This document shows, piece after piece, positions 22,616-33,880 of a DNA stretch of 64,000 nucleotides. Where the stretch lies: contig NC_043003.1 in NCBI RefSeq assembly GCF_006345805.1, forward strand, positions 83,390,001-83,454,000, read 5' to 3'. The notes under the pieces are model-generated. The model was not told where the DNA came from and made no database searches. It was given only the letters and a program-made list of their open reading frames with translations. The first letter of the stretch is position 1. Every line of letters starts with the position of its first letter. Source of the stretch: Octopus sinensis (Eukaryota). The position numbers and the translations under genes were made by a program.

Positions 22616-22796
22616 TATGATATAATTACATATTATATTTTATATTTTATATTTCTATTTCCTTGTCTAATTATATTTACAGTATATTTTGTATAATGCC
22701 TTTACTGTTATGTAATGGTGTAATAAAGTATTGATTGGGTATCATCTGATGGTTGATGTTTGATTGATTTAAGTATGTTTCTCCATTTTCTAATTT

Positions 22797-22833
<37 letters not shown>

Positions 22834-22974
22834 ATACCAGCTTCTGCTACAATTGTACATTTAAAACTATATTTTGGATTAAAAGAACATCGACCTAATA
22901 CCGGACAATGGCATTTAACTCTACAATTGCAACCGGAAACTTTGCTACTGTTAATATTATTGATAATCTTATCA

Positions 22975-23005
<31 letters not shown>

Positions 23006-23016
23006 GATTATTATTA

Positions 23017-23057
<41 letters not shown>

Positions 23058-23197
23058 TGTTATTATTTATACTTTCTTCATCTATAGTAAAATTTAAATC
23101 CATCTCAGCATCATCAGGTATTGCGTCAGTAACCCTTGTCCTAGTATAAACATCTAATATTATACGTACTAAATGTGTTAGTTACTAGCACATCTAA

Positions 23198-23198
<1 letters not shown>

Positions 23199-23245
<47 letters not shown>

Positions 23246-23291
23246 CATACATATATACATATATATATACATATATACTTATATATATACG

Positions 23292-23322
<31 letters not shown>

Positions 23323-23337
23323 GTATACATACATACA

Positions 23338-23369
<32 letters not shown>

Positions 23370-23370
23370 C
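23199..23370. repeat. (TA)n/(TACA)n tract between the head-to-head PLEs A and C
   Basis: Direct reading. Confidence 0.9.
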
Positions 23371-23556
23371 AGTGTAAGCTATGCCCGTGCAAAGTTTTAA
23401 ATCATGTGCAGCTTGCACAATACCATGAAAACTCTCACTTGCTATACAAAGAATTCCAGAGAAAAGCAAAGTGCAAGATATCCGGCCCTGTAGCTCAGTA
23501 GAGCACTAGCTTTTACATACGATCGAGCCTTTTATTAGAAAAATGTCTTAACAAAG

Positions 23557-23611
<55 letters not shown>

Positions 23612-24470
23612 GAATGAAATACGGAAGATGGAATATGCGAGAATTTATTTATTTATCGTAACCATGTCTCTAACTTTAAGACAATCAATAAGAGACATTC
23701 AGCATCTTTGGCAGATTTTGTATGGTGACTGAAGGAGGATAAAATTGAAGTACAGCATAACTTGGTCCATAGTAAGGCCCACGAAAACCTACAATATAAT
23801 TTCCTGGAGATGCCGTCTTTGCTCCGAGGAATCCCTGTCCATTCTGTGGACTAACGAGAAGATCGTTAATAGAATTTCTGAAAGACTCTCGAGATGCCTA
23901 CACGCATATAAACGTACTGTAGCACAATGCAGTGGGAATGAACTTTGAGTAACCGTTAGCATAATTTACAGTCAGGTATGGATGCCCTAAGCTTACTTTT
24001 AACCTCTCCATTCTTACAAACGCCAAGTAGATAGTTAACTCTATTTCTGATCATGAGTGCACCAAACCTCATGTGTGTGTATGCTCACATTTTTGCTGTT
24101 GCGTGTATGAACGAGTGTACTCGTTTATGCAGCTTGCCCGTGGGCGTTTATACATCCAAAATCCTTAACTGTTATTTTTAATAGTTTTCTCGCTGTGTTG
24201 CATGTTCGTTTCTCTTCTTTTTCATCTGTGATTTTATTTTTGATCTTCCATATAAATGAAGATATTTCCTCCGTCTGGCTGTCTTTCTTTCTACAAAACG
24301 AAAAGTTACATTGGGGAACTGTTATCTTAACAGGTTGTATCTATTTATCACCCGACGAGATACATCTGCACCGCCGGATTCTCCTGAAGCGGTTGTTGAG
24401 TGTCCCACCCATGAGGGACCTATGCAAGATGTGTCGAATCAATTGTTGCGATTAATAAATTCGCATATAT
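23371..24470 (+). mobile_element. Penelope-like element C fragment (RT-thumb end, GIY-YIG split by (TA)n, degenerate hammerhead)
   Basis: [15 protein letters not shown] (thumb-end-like), LEKCLNKDVY|(TA)n|, YRNHVSNFK...SLADFVW*LKED, YSITWSIV...CRLCSEE...NRISERLSRCLH. Confidence 0.75.
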
Positions 24471-24630
24471 TCTATCTTCCGTCATTCATTGCAATATACA
24501 TAACGATCACTGTGAAAGTGACTATGCTTTACCAGTAAGCTACCAGGTAAAAAAAAATCGTTTCACTATCCATTATCTAAAATATATAAGACGAAGAAGA
24601 AGTGTGTGTGTATGCATGTGTGTGAGTGTG

Positions 24631-24662
<32 letters not shown>

Positions 24663-24847
24663 TGTGTGTTAGTGCGTGTGTGTGTGTGTGACCGACCATT
24701 AGGTTGATCCCACGTAAAATCAATATTTTTCATCCGATTTCATTCAGGCTTGGCAAATACGTTACTTATGTTCCACAGGTTTCCTACACTCTTTAGATTT
24801 TTCACTTATGGGGAAATATGGCATAATGAGGCTTCTAGAGAAACTCA

Positions 24848-24972
24848 GAATGCTTCCATCTGCTGCTCTTACTTCATGTCATTAAGGGACCAATCTCCTT
24901 CGACGACCTTCGCACAGTGGACGGCCACTTATGCAGCACTTTCAAAGATGCCTGCTCCAAACGGGAACTTTG
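24848..24972 (+). mobile_element. Helitron RepHel coding fragment
   Basis: ECFHLLLLLHVIKGPISFDDLRTVDGHLCSTFKDACSKREL matches the Helitron YLRLLLxxVxGPTSFxDLRTVxG...FREAC motif. Confidence 0.8.
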
Positions 24973-25049
24973 GATACAAATGATCAATATGATAACGCAC
25001 ACAAACAGACGCACCCTGTCGAACTGGAAATACATTGCTCCTGAATCTT

Positions 25050-25428
25050 CTTGCTGGGGTTGGAATGAGCCATGGGTCAGTTCAGTCAGTTCATTCTGCC
25101 CACGTCGTCCAAACATTACTCGTCAAGCAAAACACACCACTTGTTTCGTCAAGTTTCCTACTACCCAGAATTGGCTTCGTGTGACTCATGGCTATACAAG
25201 GGGCGAAGAATTGAATCAACAGAAGACATTAAGTGTAATTCGACGGCAAAGCTCTACAGCAACCCAAATAGTAATTTCTAGAAATGTTTCCAGCAGTGGC
25301 GGGAAATGCTGGCAGGAGTGTGTAGACACCCAGGGCAAATACTTTGAAGGAGACTAAATCAAACTGGTGAGTTATTTAATATTACTTGTTTCTTGGCCAA
25401 AGGTCGGATAATTTTTGACTACACCGCG
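25050..25428 (+). mobile_element. Mariner 3' fragment with TIR
   Basis: YYPELASCDSWL-KGRRIESTEDIK and WQECVDTQGKYFEGD*. Terminal ggtcggataatttttgactacaccgcg-TA. Confidence 0.85.
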
Positions 25429-25460
<32 letters not shown>

Positions 25461-25463
25461 CTG

Positions 25464-25495
<32 letters not shown>

Positions 25496-25508
25496 ATATA
25501 TATATAAC

Positions 25509-25545
<37 letters not shown>

Positions 25546-26021
25546 CATATATAATATATACTCATATATATACATACATACCATATATACATATATATAC
25601 ATAGACATATATATACATAAATATATAACATATATATATGTACATATACATATATATATACATATATATATACATATATATAACATATATATAGTACATA
25701 TACATATATATACATATATATAACATATATATATGTACATATACATATATATACATATATATAACATATGTATATATATATATATATACAATATATATAT
25801 ATATATATATATTACTCATATATATATATACATACCATATATACATATATATATATATACAAATACATATATATACATATATATATATACTCATATATAT
25901 ACATACATACACACATGCATACATATATGCATATATACATACATATATATATATTATATATAATATATATATATTATATATATATATATATATCTATATA
26001 TATATAATATATATATATATA
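25429..26021. repeat. About 590-bp interrupted (TA)n-rich microsatellite
   Basis: Direct reading. Confidence 0.95.
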
Positions 26022-26859
26022 TCAAGAATTACTTGGAATTATTATATGCTAAAACCTAAAACTGGTAATAAGGTTATAGAGAATTTCTCGGGATCTCAAA
26101 AGTGTCGTTAAATATAGTGAAGGCTAACATTAGCAGCAGGAAGCTGACTCATAAGAAACTTTGTACATATTCAGATAACACGAATAGCAGAGCTCTGCTG
26201 GAGTGGAAATATGTGTGAACCTGTAGTGCATTCTATTTATTTTATTGCCTGTAAAGTCATTATCCTCTACGTTCAATATTAAGCTGTATCTGTACTACGG
26301 TATGTATCGATGTACCGACAGTGTAGTATGTTGCGAGAGAAATCAGAATAGTAGTAAGTCGATGTATAATATATATCGTTTTTACAGTGGCGAAGTTTAA
26401 CTTCAACATATATATTATTTTCATATCAATAGTTCTGTATATATTGTGTTGTCTGTAATAAAGAGTATATAATTAATTTTCGTACAATACATTTCAACAG
26501 TTGGAAACTTTTACTTCGGTATACATGGTTCCGTGTTGATGTGTTTAAATGTGGAGTAGAGAGCACCGACAAAGTTTAGGCTAACGGTCGTCATCCGTAG
26601 CTATGTCTGTTTTACATGTATGTGTGTATATGGGTCTACGTATGTATCTATGCGCATATTTATAAATGTCAGTGTATGTATATGTATGTCTATAAGCACA
26701 CGTGTACCTAAATATATGAGTTTTTGTATATATGTATGACCATCTATGTAAATGTGTGTAGATATATGTATCTATATGTATACATATGTATGTATGTGTG
26801 TATATATGTGTGTGTGTATGATGGATGTATGTATGTGTGTGTATTCGTTTATTTTACTT

Positions 26860-27040
26860 ATTTTAGTCATTTGACTGCGGCCATGCTAAAGCACCGCCTA
26901 GTACTTGTAAGCCTAGTATTTATTCTATCGGTCTCTTTTCCCGAACCGCTAAGTTACGGGTACGTAAACACACCAGCTTCCGTTGACAAGTGATGTTGGG
27001 GTTACAACACAAACACACAAACATACACACACACACACAC

Positions 27041-27091
<51 letters not shown>

Positions 27092-27250
27092 GACGGGCTT
27101 TTTTCAGCTCCCGCCTACCAAATCCACTCACAAGCTTTTGATCGGCCCGAGGCTATAGTAGAAGACACTTTCCCAAGGTGCCACGCAATGAGACTGAACC
27201 CGGAACCATGTGGTTAGTAAGCAAGCTATTTATCACCCACCTACTCCTAC
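26860..27250 (-). mobile_element. tRNA-derived SINE family B with internal (CA)/(TA) microsatellite
   Basis: Reverse complement of the aaccacatggttccgggttcagtc...ccttgggaaagtgtcttctactatagcc...gatttggtaggc...gcagtcaaatgact pattern. Confidence 0.85.
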
Positions 27251-27498
27251 GCTTTGTATATGTAAGTGTATGTAAATGTACGCGTGTATGTATATGCACG
27301 AACACGATAATATTTGTCTAAGTATTACTCTTCCTTTCACGTTCTACTTTCTTTTTCCTCTAAGCAGTTGCAAAATCGAAAGCTGATTACGTCATTTTAT
27401 CCAAACTAGAATGAATGTTTTCCATGTTCCTATTTCAATTTTTTGCGCTTTTACAATATATTTTTTTTACTTATATTCATTCTCGACACTTTTTCAGT

Positions 27499-27543
27499 GT
27501 ATCTGAAGAGACCCAGATTGATGGGTGGAAACATATGTTGTAC
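27499..27543 (+). ncRNA. Minimal type I hammerhead-like motif, slightly degenerate (solo PLE terminus)
   Basis: GUAU CUGAAGA GACCC-8nt-GGGUG GAAAC AUAU GUU^ GUAC, then AATAAAA and (TA)n. Confidence 0.6.
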
Positions 27544-27682
27544 CTAATAAAAGTCTAATACGAAATCCATCTCCTACTATCAATTAATACTATATATATA
27601 TATAGAGAGAGAGAGAGAGAAAGATATATATATATACATACATACATACATACATACATACATACATACATACATACATACA

Positions 27683-27714
<32 letters not shown>

Positions 27715-27911
27715 AGAGGGATGACCACTAAATGGACGTCCATTCGACTTCTGGCATCATGTATATATGTAATATATGTAATATAATTTTTCTGAATCTT
27801 CAGATTTTTCTATCTGCTAGCCCACTGGTTTTAAACTGATATTAATCAAATTAATATTCAATTTTTCACCCTTATTATTATAAATTCATATAGATATATA
27901 TATATATATGC

Positions 27912-27944
<33 letters not shown>

Positions 27945-28047
27945 ATATATATATACACATATGCATATATATTCATATATATGTGCATATATATATATAT
28001 ATATAATATATATATATATAGATAGATGGATAGATATATAGATATAT

Positions 28048-28078
<31 letters not shown>

Positions 28079-28789
28079 TATTTATATGTGTGTGTATTTT
28101 AATTCACTCAGACTGTGGCACCGCCTTTAAAAATTTTAGATGGGTACATCGACTCCAGTATTCATTTCGTATAAACCTTTTACTTTCTATATCGGTCTCT
28201 TTTCCTGAACCACTTGGTAACAGGAATAATACTGTTAATACAAAATAATACTGGTTATCAAGAGGTAGTGGCGCAACAAACACAGTCACAAAGACGCACA
28301 TACACGCATACATTATGTCAGTTGTAACAAATTCATGAAAGGATACTCAATATTGGTTTATGGGTATAAATACTCGCGTAAATTTCAGTAAACCTCTCAT
28401 AACTGGACATTCTTTCAGCTAATGACTTGACTGTATGTGTGTAAGCCAGGTTAAACAAAATTATGCAAAATTATACAATGGATATCATACAGAGATATAC
28501 TAAGTTGTAGAGTAAAACATATATATTTTGTTTTCTCTAAGGTAATATTTAACAAATAATAAAATTATCCTCTTCGGACATACCTGTGCTATGTGTACTA
28601 TAGTGGATATATATTGTGTCGACCCAATAGCAGAGTGCACTGCGTGGCAATATAGAGTGTTAGTAAATATTATAGTGTATATAGAGGTGTGCAGGAAATT
28701 AAGGTTGTTTGTGATATTTAAGTTGACTATAATTTACATTGGGAGGAAAAAGTAACGAAAAGTACAGCACAAAGATGGGGTAGCAAACA

Positions 28790-29190
28790 TAGAGTTGGCA
28801 GCTTGCTTACGAGCCACATGGTTCCGGCTTCGGTCCCACTGCGTGGCACCTTAGGCAAGTGTCTTCTGCTATAGCCTCAGGCCGACAAAAGCCTTGGGCG
28901 TGGATTTGGTAGACGGAAACTGAAAGAAGCCCCTCGTATATATTTGTATATATATGTATGAGTGTGTGTAAATGTTTGTGTCTGTGTTTGTCCCCCCAAC
29001 ATCGCTTGACAACCGATGCTGGTGTGTTTACGTCCCCGTAACTTAGCGGTTCGGCAAAAGGGACCGATAGAATAAGTACTATGCTTACAAAGAATAAGTC
29101 CTGGAGTCGATTTGCTCGACTAATGGCGGTGCTCCGGCATGGCCACAGTCAAATGACTGAAACAAGTAAAAGAGTAAAAAAAAAAGAGTA
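28790..29190 (+). mobile_element. SINE family B
   Basis: ccacatggttccgg...gcaccttaggcaagtgtcttctgctatagcc...gtagacggaaactgaaagaagccc...cagtcaaatgactgaaacaagtaaaagag. Confidence 0.9.
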
Positions 29191-29379
29191 AAAGAGTATT
29201 AGTTTAACACTCAGATAATGGGAAAAAGTAAACAAAAATGCTTTAACGTTTCAACAAATATGCCCTCGTCTTCTTAAAGATAGGCTAGAGATGGAGAGCA
29301 AATAAAGAGGAAAAATTCTTTACTTTCATATATAAACGCAAACAGTAATTGTTTATTATTTATTTTACTGCTTTGATAA

Positions 29380-30285
29380 TGAGTGGTAAAAAATTGCAAT
29401 TGAAGCCAGTGTACGCTTCTTGTAGGAAAATGGACTGAGCGCAAGGACAGGGGCAAAAGAAATTAATGTTGTGCAAGGCCGAGGGAATATCAACGAATGT
29501 GTGGCAAAAAAAAACAGATTCAGAGGTTTCGAGAAAGGTAACATCACCATCGAAGAAAATCAAGGTCGAGGAGACTTTTTGTTGTGGATGATGTGGCCTT
29601 GTTTGAAACGGTTGAACAGCAGCTAAGTGCGCGCACTCGTTGTCGGCAGAACTTCATCTTTCTCAAAGCACCATCAGTCGACACCTCCATAACCTTGGCT
29701 TTGTAAACAGACGCTGTCGAGAAGTTCCTTGCGAACTAATCAATGATCTGTTTCGATGACGTGTAAATATTAGCAAATAACTGCTCGCAAATCCTCGAGA
29801 TGCCCACTTTTGGCATCAAATTGTACCTAGAGATTTTATTTTTGTAATCCTAATAAAAGAAATAAGTAGTTTCATTCCGACCAGGCAGTTTGGACAGAAG
29901 CTCATGTCGTGTTTGATAGAATATCGAGGGGAAGTTGCACTTTGAGCTTATTCTGAATAGTCTTACTGAGAACACTAAATTTATGCCAAACAACTGCAAG
30001 TATGATGGTTTGAAAGCCTGATACCTGACATTGGCCAATCGAAGACGCACATTCCTACATTATAACAATGCCCCAGCACACACTGCCAACGTAACCAAGC
30101 GCAAAAACATGAAGACCTTGAGGGGCTAAAAGTACTGCCTCACCCTGCCTACAGCCCAGATACTGTACCATCAGATTACCGTCTTTTCCGATCCGTGGTT
30201 GATTCCCTGCACAGACGGAGGTTTAACAATGTGGATGAAGTTGAAAATGAGAGCAGAGAGACTTTTTGCCACCAAATCAGCCAAC
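29380..30285 (+). mobile_element. Mariner (DD34D-type) transposase pseudogene
   Basis: SQSTISRHLHNLGFVNRRCREVP; HYNNAPAHTANVTK; VLPHPAYSPDTVPSDYRLFRS...RRRFNNVDEVE. Confidence 0.85.
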
Positions 30286-30287
30286 TG

Positions 30288-30433
30288 GTCGACTTTGCCT
30301 TTCATCCTTTCAGGGTCGATAAACTAAGTACCAGTTATGCACTGGGGTCGATGTAATTTCGACTTAATCCGTTTGTCTGTCCTTGTTTGTCCTCTCTGTG
30401 TTTAGCCCCTTGTGGGTAGTAAAGAAATAGGTA
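30288..30433 (+). mobile_element. SINE family A, 5'-truncated
   Basis: Near-identical to 46796-46935. Confidence 0.85.
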
Positions 30434-30878
30434 TAAGCATGAAATTGAGCTTCTGGTACAACGATGACACCAGACAATAGAATTTTATGGAATAAATTTT
30501 GATGAATAAACGTTTTTTGTGTGTAATTCTTTTTAAACTATTAATTAATGCTTGAAAGGCAAAAAAACTTTTGACTCAACCTGGTATATTATTTATATAA
30601 ATGGCATTTATATATTATATGTACGTCTATATATATATATATTAGTTAATAAATTGTATGGTATACAGCTGGTAGTTTACAGGTAAAGCACGTTCACTTT
30701 CGCAGTGTTCGTTGGGTATTTGATTAATGAGAGACAGAAGATGTTAGATGGGTCGAAACAATTGTAGTGATCAATAAACTTTCTCGTATTTTCTATTTTC
30801 TGTTTCTCATTAATCAAATAGATATGTATATATGTATGTATGTATGTGTATATATAATATATATATATATATATATAT

Positions 30879-30927
<49 letters not shown>

Positions 30928-31089
30928 ATATATACATACACACACACATGCACACATGTATATATATATGTTTACCCATGTCGGCATGAACAACGGTCGT
31001 TAAATGATGATGAGGATGATATATATATACACGTACACATACATATATACGAAGAGGAAGAGTAGGAGGAACACGCATACACACAACAT

Positions 31090-31330
31090 TGGCGTCACTT
31101 GCAAACGAGTGCGACTTGGTAGCATGTACCCTTTCTTCGCTAAATGTAGACCGGGCACCTTCGCAGACTTCTCACACTTCTCCTTGCAGAACATCGAAAA
31201 TGTGACAACGGGTGGAAAGAAGGATTGTACGCATTTTCAGAGAACTGGGTCAACGTGAAGTGTAATAACCCTTGCTCAAAGGTATTACGCACCGTTCGGT
31301 TCAGGAATCGAACCCACAACCTTATCATTG
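31090..31330 (-). mobile_element. Diverged tRNA-derived SINE
   Basis: Minus strand gggttcgattcctgaacc...cctttgagcaaggg head/core pattern. Confidence 0.55.
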
Positions 31331-31367
31331 TGAACCCAACTTCGCTAATATGTAATGTATGTGTGTA

Positions 31368-31435
<68 letters not shown>

Positions 31436-31451
31436 CCTCTCTCTCTCTCTT

Positions 31452-31482
<31 letters not shown>

Positions 31483-31725
31483 GGAATTTTATGCTGAAGG
31501 GAACAATAGGTAATTATGTTTTACTTCAAGTTCGAAACGCGTCAGTAATTAACCACGGCCTTGTTTATTCATCTTAATTCATCTTTTTTCTTTCGCCTAC
31601 GTTAAAAGTGTGTTATTTTCTCGGAGATTTTATGGTAGTGGAAAATACATTAGCGTCTATTTCTAATTCAGTACGTAGCGAGACACATAGCTGACCCCTT
31701 GTTATAATTATGTATATAATTATAA

Positions 31726-31763
<38 letters not shown>

Positions 31764-31913
31764 ATATATATAGTATATGAATGTGATATACTATCAAATT
31801 ACTATCACTAGTGGCAGCGAATACCAGACATACAGACAAAATTAATAAAATAGGCGGTGCTTCAGCGTGGCCGCAGTCAAATGACTGAAACAATAAAAGA
31901 ATAAAAGAATATA

Positions 31914-31954
<41 letters not shown>

Positions 31955-33539
31955 TACATATTTGTATGTAATATAAGGTAAATAATGTTTTGTTAAATGA
32001 CTATCTATATCAGTTCTTAATTATTCCCAAGGTAGCTATTGCTATGGGAATTGTTTCTTTTTTTTTCAATCTCCATTTCTGGTTATCTCACTTTCTAGAA
32101 AATTCTTGTTTTGTTAATAATTCTGTCTGTTGTACGTGTGGTACGTCCTTAATGCTTATAGCTATATTTTTGTTGTATTTGTGCCGTTTGCTCTTTTCTT
32201 CCTATTATATTATTTTAGATGTTCATTTAAATGTCTGATACTGAAAGGGAGAATTTTGGAGAATATATTCTCTTTAATTAACAAATATGTTAGGATAGAT
32301 TCATAGTTACTTTTACGTCAAGGTTATTTTCTCGTCTTATAAATGTGAATGTAGTGGTAGATTTATTTTTTTAGGGTAATGTGTAGCTCTAAATTGTGCA
32401 TGTTGTAATAAAACATATCCTCATTTGGCTATTTATACCTTTTCTGTTTTTATTTACAGGCCTTGAGGAGTACATTTCGATTGCTATTTATTTAGATTGC
32501 TATCAATTTTTATCTCACAAAAAAAAAATGTTCAGCTTCGTTTTTTTTTTTATTATTATATTTATGCACTAAGTTGAAAATACGCATTTCTCTTTTAATG
32601 TCGGGTTGATTGATACGGTACATATTTGTAATATCTGTAATTTTTGTTGGCGTGTACTGTGACTATCTGGTGGTAATTTGACTTATGCTCCGGTGGTGTT
32701 TACACGTCGTATATAATTGACCATTAGTGCAAACATTTACAAAATGTCACTTATATAAGACAAGAAACAATACTACTTCACTTATAAATTAATGTACCTT
32801 CAGCATTTTCCTTATTCTCGTTTTATTTCGTTATTTCATCGATATTAATGGATATTTTTTAGCAGTGAAGTAACATTGTTTGCTTTTCTTTGTCTCTGGT
32901 GCAATATTATTTCTTTCATTGAGCCAATGATAACAATTACTACTTCTACTACAGTTACTACTACTGCTGTTGCTGCTACTACTACTACAAGCAACACCAC
33001 TACCATTATAAGAACTACTGCTTTAGTACTACTACCACTACTACTAATAGGATTTTTGTTATTGTGTGTTGTTGTACTGGTGGTGGTGGTGGTGGTGGTT
33101 AAAACATTAGCTTGGCTGGAGGATGTAACAAAGTGTCAACTGCCCACAATAAGTCAACTAAGGCAACACTCTACGTTCAAATTTCGAGAATTTTGCCGAG
33201 GTTTCGTACGGTTCCACGCAACATTATTTTCTGTTGATGCTCTATCATCGCAATTACTCCCATCTTTTCAGTCCAGTTCATGAGCTTCGAAAGTGAATGG
33301 CAGAATTGGTAGGGCATTGAAGTTACAGTATGTACTGATATTTCTTTACGCCCTCACCTCAAATCCTACTAAGCCTGATTTGGTCCTTTATCTTTTCCTT
33401 ACTGATAAAATAATACGTAACAGTCAAATAGCACAATTGGTGTAATCGACTGCAAAGCTATGCTATCTTGTTCGTAGGTTCGAGATAATTATTGTTGTTG
33501 ATGTTGATGTGACTTTTGCTGTTTTTGCCATTGTTGTTA

Positions 33540-33880
33540 AGTGGCAGAAAGGCAGAATCGTTAGAGTATCGGGGAAAATGCTTTACACTCTGAGTTCAAT
33601 TCCCGCCAAGGCCAGCTTCGGCTTTCATTCTTTCGGTAGTCAATAACATTAAGTACCAGTCAAATATTGGCTTCATATTTTGGCACAAGGCCATCATGTT
33701 GGGGGAGAGGGGCTAAGTCGATTACATACATACCAGTCTTCAACTGGTACTTATTTTATCAACCCCGAAAGAATGAAAGATAATGTCGACTCTGGTTGAT
33801 TTAGAACTCTGAACGTAAGGATGAACGAAAAGCTGCTTAGCATTTCGCCCGGTGTGCTACCGGTTCTGCCAGCTTACCGC
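33540..33880. mobile_element. Two SINE family A fragments in opposite orientation
   Basis: + copy at about 33540-33690 and - copy at about 33690-33880 (ends ttctgccagcttaccgcc). Confidence 0.65.

Larger units (their letters stand above)
19685..22798 (+). mobile_element. Penelope-like element B (5'-truncated or RT-less), flanked by (TA)17 and (TA)16
   Basis: GIY-YIG ORF 19700-20221, about 2.3 kb AT-rich 3' region, hammerhead at 22505-22615, AATAAA at 22722, TA tracts at both boundaries. Confidence 0.85.
17530..23198 (-). mobile_element. Penelope-like element A (GIY-YIG endonuclease, AT-rich 3' UTR, hammerhead), split by element B
   Basis: N-half at 22830-23160: GCNCRVKCHCPVLGRC...FKCTIVAEAGIFIY. 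C-half at 19330-19650: YI**SINMK...KHFSSFRIKHNANSTSLSSKIWEHKD...IEWDII...CELCSMEIYEI...NNLINNRLDLRVSC. Confidence 0.8.

Noticed and set aside
24917-25357. 146-aa ORF that looks like a Helitron-mariner fusion protein
   Set aside because: It is a chance read-through across adjacent decayed fragments. Most of the mariner part is in other frames, and there is no sign of selection.
32876-33283. 135-aa ORF with Thr and Val runs and hydrophobic stretches
   Set aside because: Built from (ACT)n and (GGT)n trinucleotide repeats; no recognisable domain.
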